A stretch of 64,000 bases of DNA, taken from an uncultured Chloroflexia bacterium. GTDB lineage: Bacteria > Chloroflexota > Anaerolineae > B4-G1 > SLSP01. Under the pieces are notes generated by a model. The model saw only the letters and a program-made list of their open reading frames with translations, did no database searches and was not told where the DNA came from. The position numbers and the translations under genes were made by a program. This document shows, piece after piece, positions 56,329 through 64,000 of this stretch. Each line of letters starts with the position of its first letter. Within the stretch, counting starts at the first letter, position 1. The DNA is taken from positions 32,001-96,000 of the forward strand of contig CAVVUS010000023.1 in assembly GCA_963751345.1 (NCBI GenBank), written 5' to 3'.

Positions 56329-56955
56329 ATGAACACCTTGGTTCAGGTGTTGACCTCGGGGTTCGTGCGGACCGGGGACCTCGCGGACGACATGCGGCGG
56401 TTTCTGATTGGCCACGCGTGCGCCGGAACGGCCGCTCACAGTGGCGAGGTGGCGGATGAAACGGCCCGGCTGGCCCGGCGATTTGGCGTCGACGTGGGCC
56501 GCGCGACGACGGCGGCCTGGCTTCACGACATCAGCGCCGTCATCCCGAATGACCAGAGGGTGGCGGCCGCCATAGCACTGGGCATCGAGATCCTCGACGA
56601 GGAAAGCTTCCTGCCGATGATCCTGCATCAGAAGCTGTCGGCTGCCCTGGCCGAGAGGATGGTCGACATTCACGATCCGGCCGTCCTGAATGCCGTGCGC
56701 TTTCACACGACGCTGCACCCCGAGGCCGACGCGCTGGCCAAGGTGGTCTTCGTGGCGGACAAGGTTGCGTGGGACCGGCCCGGTTCTCCGCCCTATCTTC
56801 CCGACGTTTTGGCTGGCCTGGATCGTTCGCTGGATGCCGGCGCGTGTGCCTATCTGGGCTATCTCTGGGAAAAGCGCACCGTGCTTCCTGTCGTGCATCC
56901 GTGGCTTGTCGCCGCCCACACTAAATTGTGCATAGCCGCAGGAGGAATGCGATGA
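56329..56955 (+). CDS. yqeK: YqeK-like HD hydrolase (Ap4A hydrolase family)
   Basis: HS.EVA, AWLHDI, LHQKLS, AVRFHTT, FVADK. Confidence 0.8.
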   Translation: MNTLVQVLTSGFVRTGDLADDMRRFLIGHACAGTAAHSGEVADETARLARRFGVDVGRATTAAWLHDISAVIPNDQRVAAAIALGIEILDEESFLPMILHQKLSAALAERMVDIHDPAVLNAVRFHTTLHPEADALAKVVFVADKVAWDRPGSPPYLPDVLAGLDRSLDAGACAYLGYLWEKRTVLPVVHPWLVAAHTKLCIAAGGMR

Positions 56956-57671
56956 GTATTCTGCCGGAACCCGTCGTCGTCATCATCTCCTCAGATGCTG
57001 AGTGGGAGGTCGTGCGCTCGACACTTCGCACACGCTTCTCTGCGGTTCCGGCAGACGCTACCCCCTATGGCGAGGTGTACGAAGCGCAGTTGGACGATGG
57101 GTCCGGACTGCCGCTGATCTTCACCCACGGGGGATGGGGGAAGATCGACGCCGCGGCGTCGGCCCAATACGCGATCGACCGGTGGGCACCCCGGCTGCTC
57201 GTGAATCTGGGCACCTGTGGCGGATTCGAGGGCGCCATCGACCGGGATGCGATCGTGCTCGCTGACCGGACGGTCGTCTACGACATCGTCGAGCAGATGA
57301 GTGACCCCGAAGCGGCATTCGCCCACTACACGGCGACGCTCGATCTCTCGTGGCTACGCGAGCCTTACCCGCACCCCGTGCACCGCGGCCTCATACTCTC
57401 GGGCGACCGCGACCTGGTGGTCGAGGACGTCCCGTTCTTGCGCGAGCACTTTGGTGGCACGGTCGGGGATTGGGAATCGGGCTCCATTGCGCACGTCGCG
57501 ACCAAGAACGGCGTGCGTTGTCTAGTCCTACGCGGCGTCACCGATCTTCTAGGTGCGGACGGCAGCGACGCCTACGACGGCACGTTGGTCGTCTTCAGGG
57601 AGCGTGCCGAGCGCGTTATGTCCCGCCTGCTGGCCTCACTGCCGGACTGGCTGGCTCGTGTGGCCTGGTGA
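56952..57671 (+). CDS. MTA/SAH nucleosidase family (PNP/UDP superfamily) protein
   Basis: GGWGKIDAA, NLGTCGG, SGDRD, DWESGSIA, RGVTD; ATGA overlap with yqeK. Confidence 0.8.
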   Translation: MSILPEPVVVIISSDAEWEVVRSTLRTRFSAVPADATPYGEVYEAQLDDGSGLPLIFTHGGWGKIDAAASAQYAIDRWAPRLLVNLGTCGGFEGAIDRDAIVLADRTVVYDIVEQMSDPEAAFAHYTATLDLSWLREPYPHPVHRGLILSGDRDLVVEDVPFLREHFGGTVGDWESGSIAHVATKNGVRCLVLRGVTDLLGADGSDAYDGTLVVFRERAERVMSRLLASLPDWLARVAW

Positions 57672-57679
57672 GCTCCGGC

Positions 57680-58072
57680 TTAGTGACCCCGGCTGGTGAT
57701 GATCATCATGAAGATGAAGAAGAAGTACCCGACGACGGCAAAGATCGCCAATAGCACCGCCAAGCCGCCGCTGCCGATGCCGATCCAGGACCACAACCGC
57801 GTCCGAGCCGCGTCCACGGAGTCCCTGGCCAGCACCAGCCCGATGACGCCGAGCAACAGCGGTACGATCGGCAGGCAATAGAAGGTTGCGCCACATGTTA
57901 GGCACGTAAGCAGCACCAGCACGCCGGCTGCCAGCGCGCCCAAGGCCGCAAGATCCACGCCGTTGCCAAGGAATGAGGCCTTGCCCGGCCCCGTTCTCGG
58001 TGCGGTCGGGGCCTCAACGGTCGACCCTCCCTCTACGTTCGGACTTTCCACAGACCCACTTACTTCGTTCAT
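57680..58072 (-). CDS. Small membrane protein (DUF4190-like), Cys-containing
   Basis: About 3 hydrophobic segments; GAGG RBS; ATGA overlap with upstream gene. Confidence 0.6.
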   Translation of the reverse strand: MNEVSGSVESPNVEGGSTVEAPTAPRTGPGKASFLGNGVDLAALGALAAGVLVLLTCLTCGATFYCLPIVPLLLGVIGLVLARDSVDAARTRLWSWIGIGSGGLAVLLAIFAVVGYFFFIFMMIITSRGH

Positions 58073-58773
58073 CGTGCCTCCTCTTGGGTATCGACAGCGA
58101 GAATCAGTCGGGTACGTAGACAACGCCGTGGTGCATTCGCAAAGCCCAGCGCCTTGAGTACCTCGTCCGGACGCCCCGTGGCACCCGGTTGGGCACTGAG
58201 CCGCATCCAAAGTCCCAGCCAAGGTGCGGGGACCTCAGGTGCCAATTTCAGGTCGTCGATCAACGCGCGCAGGTTATAGCTCTTGCCGCGATGGTGGCGA
58301 CCCCGTTTGGGGAGCAGGACCGATTCGGTGGCGACCAAGCTCGCCACCCGCTCTGCCAGCTCATTCTCGTCCACGTCGCGCAACAGCACGCGATACTCAG
58401 TTGCTGCCAATTGCTCCGACAGCGCCGGTGCGTCATCGCCCACGCTCGCCACCGAGACCACGGTGAGGTCCGGTGGCAGCGAATCCGCCAGCGCAGCACC
58501 GACGGACTGCGGGGTGCGTGGCTCGTCGAGCAGAACGTCCAGCAGATCGGCCTCACTTCCACAGCCAACCGGCAGCGGTGCGGCGAAGTGCATTCTCGGA
58601 CGTGGATTGTAACCCTGGCTGTACTTCACCGGCACGTGCGCTCGGCGGAGCGTCCGCTCCCACACCGTTCCCAACTCCAGCACGGAGACGTAGGCCAGGC
58701 TTCGCGAGGTGCCAAAGGTGATGCGGTGGCGCGACGCCGGGAGTACGTCAAGGTTCAACGCAGGACCGGACAC
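58069..58773 (-). CDS. Radical SAM-associated protein (TIGR03936/DUF2344-like)
   Basis: WERTLRRA..YSQGYNPRPRM.FAAPLPVG; adjacent to radical SAM gene. Confidence 0.85.
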   Translation of the reverse strand: MSGPALNLDVLPASRHRITFGTSRSLAYVSVLELGTVWERTLRRAHVPVKYSQGYNPRPRMHFAAPLPVGCGSEADLLDVLLDEPRTPQSVGAALADSLPPDLTVVSVASVGDDAPALSEQLAATEYRVLLRDVDENELAERVASLVATESVLLPKRGRHHRGKSYNLRALIDDLKLAPEVPAPWLGLWMRLSAQPGATGRPDEVLKALGFANAPRRCLRTRLILAVDTQEEAR

Positions 58774-60689
58774 TGCCACTCCTCCGTGCACAGTTCGCCG
58801 TAGCGGCGCATGATGCCACAAGCGTGGCACTGCTCCCGGCAGTCGGCGAGCAGTTCGCCACGCCGGCTGCGGACGTAGTCCTGCAGGAAGTAACGCTTCT
58901 CCATGCCGCTCTCCAGGTGGTCCCACGGGAGCAACTCGTCCTCTCCACGGCGACGATAGAGATAGAAGTCCAATAGGGCCTCGGAGGTTTCGAAGTGGGC
59001 CCGAAGCTCATCCGAGGGCAGCTCCGCGATTGCCTGCTCCCAAGCTTTATCATCGCGCCATTCGTCCCAGGCGTCAAATCGCGCCCCCAATCGCCATGCC
59101 CGCTCGATGACTACGCCAAGCCGGCGATCCCCGCGCGCCAGGAGCGCTTCGAGCCTGGATGCGGGGTAGCGGTTCCAGGACAGCTCCAGCCCCCGCCCCC
59201 GGAGCCCATCGCGAAGGATGTCCTGCCGCCGCTCGATCGTCTCTTCGTCGGCCAGGGGCTCCCACTGGAAGGTCGTGAGCGGTTTGGGGACAAAGGTGCT
59301 GATGCTCACGTGGACCTCGGTTCGTCGACCGCCGATGCGGCTGCCGATCCGACGAACCTCCTGGACGAGGTCGATGATCGCGGCAACGTCGTCATCCGTC
59401 TCGGTTGGCAGCCCGATCATGAAGTAGAGTTTGATCGTGTGCCAGCCGCGGGTAAAGACCTCCTCGGCCACTTTGTAGAGATCCTCGGTCGTGATGTCCT
59501 TGTTGATGACGTGGCGGAGCGTGTCGGTGCCGGCCTCGGGCGCAAAGGTGAAACCGGACCGGCGTCCACCCGCCAGCTTTTCGGCCAGATCGACCGAGAA
59601 GGCGTCGAGGCGGAGGCTCGGCAATGAGATCGAGAGCTGCCGTCCGGCGAACCTGTCCTGCAGCCGCGAGATCAGCTCACCAATCTCGGTATAGTCGGCC
59701 GAGGAAAGGGAGAGAAGCGCCAGCTCCTCGTAACCGGTAGCCTCGATGACAGCCTCGGCACTGTCGACGATCTCGGCCAACGGCCGTTGGCGGATCGGAC
59801 GTGTGATCGAGCCTGCCTGACAGAATCGGCATCCCCGAGAGCACCCCCGCTGGATCTCCACGACCGCGCGGTTATGCACGGTTTCGATGTTGGGCACGAT
59901 CTGCCGAACCGGGGTGGGGGGCAGCGTAGGCATAAGCCGCTTGGCTATTCGGAGGGGTGTCTGCCCGTCGACGGGGACCAGCGCCTCAATGGGCACTGCC
60001 CCGGAAGCGGCGGGCAGCGCATAGCTGGGGCGGTAAAGCCTCGGGACGTACAGGCCCGGGATGGCTGCCAGGGCGTGCAGAAGCGCGTCACGTGGCTGTC
60101 CCCGGAAGGCGCGCACGGCCTCCGCCAGCTCGACGATGACGGCCTCGGCCTCTCCGATGACGAAGACGTCGAAGAAGTCTGCGACCGGCTCGGGGTTGAA
60201 GGCCCCGTGCCCCCCGCCCAGGATCAGCGGATGGCGCTCGTCCCTTGCCGTGCTGCGAATCGGAAGCCCGGCCAGATCGAGGAGCTCGAGCGCGTTAGTG
60301 TAGAGCTGTTCGTAGGCAGTGCTGATAGCGAGAACGTCGAAGGCTGCGACCGGATGATAGTCCTCCAGCGCATAGAGGGGCAGATCCGCTGCACGCAGTT
60401 GCTCGATCATGTCCGGTGCCGGCAGGTACGTGCGATGCGCCAGCATACCGTCCTGCCGGTTCAGGATTTCGTAGAGGACCATCAGGGCGAAGTTGGACAT
60501 GCCCAGGTCGTACAGATCCGGGAATGCCAGACAGATGTGGAGGTCGGCCTCGTCCCACGGCGCGGTTACGGCGTTGACCTCACCGCCGACGTACCGGCCT
60601 GGCTTCTGCACCAGGTGCAGGAGGGCCTCGATGTGGGCCCAGGGAATGGGTTGGGGCGGAATCAGACGTTCAGGTGCGGTGTCTAGCAC
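58755..60689 (-). CDS. B12-binding-like radical SAM protein (TIGR03960-like)
   Basis: VQKPGRYVGGE, FPDLYDLGMS, RGCSRGCRFCQAG, FAPEAG, LPWDH, C-terminal CxxxCxxC. Confidence 0.9.
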   Translation of the reverse strand: MLDTAPERLIPPQPIPWAHIEALLHLVQKPGRYVGGEVNAVTAPWDEADLHICLAFPDLYDLGMSNFALMVLYEILNRQDGMLAHRTYLPAPDMIEQLRAADLPLYALEDYHPVAAFDVLAISTAYEQLYTNALELLDLAGLPIRSTARDERHPLILGGGHGAFNPEPVADFFDVFVIGEAEAVIVELAEAVRAFRGQPRDALLHALAAIPGLYVPRLYRPSYALPAASGAVPIEALVPVDGQTPLRIAKRLMPTLPPTPVRQIVPNIETVHNRAVVEIQRGCSRGCRFCQAGSITRPIRQRPLAEIVDSAEAVIEATGYEELALLSLSSADYTEIGELISRLQDRFAGRQLSISLPSLRLDAFSVDLAEKLAGGRRSGFTFAPEAGTDTLRHVINKDITTEDLYKVAEEVFTRGWHTIKLYFMIGLPTETDDDVAAIIDLVQEVRRIGSRIGGRRTEVHVSISTFVPKPLTTFQWEPLADEETIERRQDILRDGLRGRGLELSWNRYPASRLEALLARGDRRLGVVIERAWRLGARFDAWDEWRDDKAWEQAIAELPSDELRAHFETSEALLDFYLYRRRGEDELLPWDHLESGMEKRYFLQDYVRSRRGELLADCREQCHACGIMRRYGELCTEEWQCPVLR

Positions 60690-61093
60690 GTATCGGCATC
60701 ACCGACGACCTTGATCCAGAGATCGCGGTGGCGTGGGCCGTCGAACTCGGCCATAAAGATCCCCTGCCACTGGCCCATCTGAAGCTCGCCGTCGTGGATG
60801 AAGATGAAGTGGTCGTTACCGACCAGAACGGACTTGATGTGGGCGGGGCTGTTGCCCTCAGGGTGCCGGTAGGGAAGGCCCTCGGGTACCATACGGTCCA
60901 GGACCATCGCAACGTCACTCTCGACTGCGGGGTCCCAGTCCTCGTTGAGGACGATGCCCGCCGTGGTGTGTGGGCAATAGAGGAAGCATATTCCGTCACT
61001 TATGCCTGCTTCAGCGATCGCCTCGTTGATCTGGTCGGTGATGTCAATCAGATCCATCTTGCTTCTGGTCTGTGCACTGAGCTTTATAAACAT
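60683..61093 (-). CDS. yjbQ: YjbQ/UPF0047 family protein
   Basis: PHTTAGI..NE, HPEGNSPAHIK, GQWQGIF.AEFDGPR. Confidence 0.92.
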   Translation of the reverse strand: MFIKLSAQTRSKMDLIDITDQINEAIAEAGISDGICFLYCPHTTAGIVLNEDWDPAVESDVAMVLDRMVPEGLPYRHPEGNSPAHIKSVLVGNDHFIFIHDGELQMGQWQGIFMAEFDGPRHRDLWIKVVGDADTC

Positions 61094-61102
61094 AAGTATC
61101 CT

Positions 61103-62710
61103 TTAGGTCAGGAAGTCCCGGAGTTTCCGGCTACGGCCGGGGTGACGGAGCTTGCGGAGCGCCTTGGATTCGATCTGCCGGATTCGCTCGCGGGTGACGT
61201 TGAAAGCCTGGCCGACCTCCTCCAATGTGTGCGGCCGACCGTTCTTCAATCCGAAGCGCATTTCCAACACCTCACGCTCGCGTTTGCCCAACTCGTCCAG
61301 GATGCTCTGTAACTGCTCGCGGAGCATATGCATCGACGTGGCGTCCATTGGCCCCGGCAGGTTCTCGTCCTCGATGAAGTCTGACAGCTCGCTGTTGTCC
61401 TCGTTGCCCACCGGGCTCTCCAGCGACATTGGCTCCTGGGAGATACTGATGATCCGCCGAACCTTCGCCATCGCCCGCCGCATACGCCGTTCCAGGGGCG
61501 GCGGGAGCGGCTCATCCTTCGCGCGAGCCTCCCGGACTGCCTCGATATCTTTCGCTTCGAGCACGTCCATCTCAAGGGCCAATTCGTCCAGGGTGGGCTC
61601 TCGACCAAGGTCCTGCATCATTCGCCGCTGGATCCTCATCAGCCGGTTGATCGTCTCGACCATGTGGACGGGAATACGTATCGTGCGTGCCTGGTCAGCA
61701 ATGGCCCGGCTAATCGCCTGGCGAATCCACCACGTGGCATAGGTGGAGAACTTGTAGCCGCGCATATAGTCGAACTTCTCGACGGCTCTGAGCAACCCGA
61801 TGTTGCCCTCCTGGATGAGGTCGAGGAAGTTGACCCCCCGCCCGATGTAGCGCTTGGCGATATTCACCACGAGTCGGAGATTGGCACGCACCAGCATCTG
61901 TTGTGCTTCGGCTGCGAGGACCTCGACGTGTTTCCACCAGTCAATAACGTCATCGGCGGGCGGCAACTGCTCCCGCATCTGAGTGACCGTGGGCCAACGG
62001 GGACTCTCCATCACTCTGTCGTGGATGAGTGCGAGCAACTCGGGGCGCATTAGATAAAGCGACGTCGCAACAGACAGCAGCTCGGTAATAATGGGCCGCC
62101 AGGTTGGGTCGTCGCCCCACTGGTTGGGGCCCATCAAGTGGTAGAGAGGCGACGGCTCCGGTGAGATGAGCACCTGCTGCTGGCGCATGATCTCATCGAG
62201 ATACTCCCAGGCCTCGGATATCTCAAAGCTTGCCTGGCGAGCCAGACGCGTGCCATTGCCCCACGCCGTGCGAGCCCGCTCGTAGAGATCGATGACCTGG
62301 TTCTCCACGATCTCAGATTCGACGCTGGTCGTGGCTTCCTCCCATATGTGCTCAAGTTGAGCCGCGGCCTCACGGATGATGCAGATCCACACTTCCTGAT
62401 AGGGCTCGAGGAGATCGACACGGCCGATCTCTCGTAGGTACATCCGTACCGGATCGTCGACCAGATCCGCCGCCGCGCTTGGTTCTGCCAGCTGCTCCTC
62501 TATCTCGTTGAGCTCATCGGGGGAGGGCTCCTCATCCCAGTCAATGTCCGGGAGGAGATCGCCGTTGCCGGCCACGTCCTCTTCCTCTTCGACATCCTCT
62601 TCATCTACGTCATTATCGTCCAGGTCGTCCGCGATATCGTCCTCTTCTCTTTCCCACAGATCGTCAGCTGCTGTGCGCGATCGGTGTCCGGTTCTCTGTG
62701 GTCTCGCCAT
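61103..62710 (-). CDS. rpoD: Primary sigma factor RpoD/SigA
   Basis: [50 protein letters not shown]; downstream of dnaG. Confidence 0.95.
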   Translation of the reverse strand: MARPQRTGHRSRTAADDLWEREEDDIADDLDDNDVDEEDVEEEEDVAGNGDLLPDIDWDEEPSPDELNEIEEQLAEPSAAADLVDDPVRMYLREIGRVDLLEPYQEVWICIIREAAAQLEHIWEEATTSVESEIVENQVIDLYERARTAWGNGTRLARQASFEISEAWEYLDEIMRQQQVLISPEPSPLYHLMGPNQWGDDPTWRPIITELLSVATSLYLMRPELLALIHDRVMESPRWPTVTQMREQLPPADDVIDWWKHVEVLAAEAQQMLVRANLRLVVNIAKRYIGRGVNFLDLIQEGNIGLLRAVEKFDYMRGYKFSTYATWWIRQAISRAIADQARTIRIPVHMVETINRLMRIQRRMMQDLGREPTLDELALEMDVLEAKDIEAVREARAKDEPLPPPLERRMRRAMAKVRRIISISQEPMSLESPVGNEDNSELSDFIEDENLPGPMDATSMHMLREQLQSILDELGKREREVLEMRFGLKNGRPHTLEEVGQAFNVTRERIRQIESKALRKLRHPGRSRKLRDFLT

Positions 62711-62718
62711 ATCCCTCC

Positions 62719-64000
62719 TTAGACATAAGCCGGGCGCTGAGCCAGAGCCCACTGTACTTTCCTCAGCTTATCCGAGATCCGCATTATTCGCTGCTTGATG
62801 CCTGAAATAGCTTGCTGATCGCTCTCGGCCTGAGCCAGCGCGAGCGTGCCATTTGTCTGTTGGAGCTCGGCGCGGAGCTCCCTTTCGCGTATTCGAAGAA
62901 CCGTTCTCGCCACGTCCCGCTCCCATTGCGAGGGTGCCATATCAGAGAGTGGCTGAGAGAGCCAAGTTTGCACGACACCTAGCATATCTGATGGTAGGAA
63001 ATCGGCAAGTTCGAGTTCGGGATGCTCCGAAAGCTGTGCCCACGACGTCCAGATCAGGCGGTACTCAGGCGAGAAGTCGCGATCGGTGATTCGCTCCTGC
63101 CCAAGCTGCGTCAGGAGCGAATTGACCCGTGGCCACATATCCGGTGTGCGCATCAACACCATCAGGACGTGCGCTTCAAGGTCAGATGGAGGTCTGGCCT
63201 GCCTGTCGCTCCGCACCGCGGCCTGTGTCCGAATGGCTGCCGCACGCTCCATGGCCCGGAGGCGGTCGAGCAAGACGCGGGCATCGATCCCGAGCTGCAC
63301 CGCGATCTCTTGGGCGTAAGCCTCACGCTCGATGCTGTCGCCGATGTCGTTGAGAAGCGGGAGCATTGCATCTACAACACGCGATTTCGTCTTGGGCTCA
63401 CCGGGATCGCTCTGCGAGAGCATATGTTGGAAGGTGAAGCGCACAATGGGCTGGGACGAAGCCAGCAGCGATTCCCAGCGTTTCGGATCTTCGAGGATCA
63501 GTTCGTCGGGGTCTTTGCCGTCGGGAAGTGTCGCCACCCGGATATCTGCCTTCAGGCGTCCCTCGTAGCCGACCAAGCCGCGGGGATCGAAGACCGCTTC
63601 CCAGTCGCGATCCAGTGTCTGTCGCGCGGTCTCGACGCCCTGGAGGGTGCCGTGAATGCCCGCGTTGTCCGGATCGAGCGCCAGGATAAAGCGGTGGGTC
63701 AGCCGCTGGAGCTGCTTGAGATGCGCCTCACTGAGAGCGGTGCCCATCGGCGCGACCACGTTGCGGTAACCCGCCTGATAGGGGATCATCACGTCCATAT
63801 AGCCCTCGACGATCACGGCGGCATCCTGCTCCCTGATTGCGCGGCTCGCCAGATGGTAGCCGAAAAGTACCTGCCCTTTGTCGAAAAGCGGGGTCTGCGG
63901 CGAGTTCATGTACTTGGGCTGCTGGTCGGGCTGTAGCGACCGTGCTCCGAAGCCAATGGGGCGTCCTCGACGGTCGTGGATCGGGATCATCACGCGATCT
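62719..64000 (-). CDS. dnaG: DNA primase (5' end outside window)
   Basis: [37 protein letters not shown]. Confidence 0.96.
   Translation of the reverse strand, partial: DRVMIPIHDRRGRPIGFGARSLQPDQQPKYMNSPQTPLFDKGQVLFGYHLASRAIREQDAAVIVEGYMDVMIPYQAGYRNVVAPMGTALSEAHLKQLQRLTHRFILALDPDNAGIHGTLQGVETARQTLDRDWEAVFDPRGLVGYEGRLKADIRVATLPDGKDPDELILEDPKRWESLLASSQPIVRFTFQHMLSQSDPGEPKTKSRVVDAMLPLLNDIGDSIEREAYAQEIAVQLGIDARVLLDRLRAMERAAAIRTQAAVRSDRQARPPSDLEAHVLMVLMRTPDMWPRVNSLLTQLGQERITDRDFSPEYRLIWTSWAQLSEHPELELADFLPSDMLGVVQTWLSQPLSDMAPSQWERDVARTVLRIRERELRAELQQTNGTLALAQAESDQQAISGIKQRIMRISDKLRKVQWALAQRPAYV

Noticed and set aside
159-63936. Long antisense or overlapping ORFs (e.g. 605..1384, 4036..5145, 28970..30364, 52088..53017, 63022..63936)
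   Set aside because: Shadow ORFs expected in high-GC DNA opposite well-supported genes; no recognisable motifs
1-64000. Frameshifts in groEL, GH2, purL, metE, yitJ, alaS, rhaA, the protease, ABC genes, the kinase and CYTH-CHAD as pseudogenes or programmed frameshifts
   Set aside because: They hit essential genes, are scattered, and come without in-frame stop decay or a shared slippery motif; long-read indel error is the simpler explanation

Overview
GC-rich bacterial chromosomal window, probably Chloroflexota/Anaerolineae-like (inferred from Pro/Thr-rich linkers, a C-terminal 'YLP' motif and RpoD insertions). Single-base frameshifts hit even essential genes (groEL, purL, alaS), so they are read as long-read indel errors and genes are given as merged spans. 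Left to right: groEL-groES with two CIRCE boxes; a purine operon (purL-purQ-purC-class II purE-purF-purD/purM fusion-GH2-purN) with an NrdR-like box; miaA; a C39-like peptidase; yraN; an LCP protein; an orphan baseplate-J-like gene followed by ruvX and mltG; a hybrid histidine kinase; metE-yitJ; alaS; mscS; a lipoprotein; rhaA; a ~6.8 kb secreted subtilase with 3 cohesin-like and 2 dockerin-like modules; htpX and hsp20; a Tat L,D-transpeptidase; a heterodimeric ABC exporter; a PAS/GAF kinase; 4 tRNAs (two identical Arg-GCG); ppk1, adk, CYTH-CHAD, yqeK and a nucleosidase; a radical SAM pair; yjbQ; rpoD; dnaG. No CRISPR array, prophage or transposase seen. The best candidate for a novel system is the cohesin+dockerin subtilase. 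All family calls are by-eye motif recognition; no searches were run.
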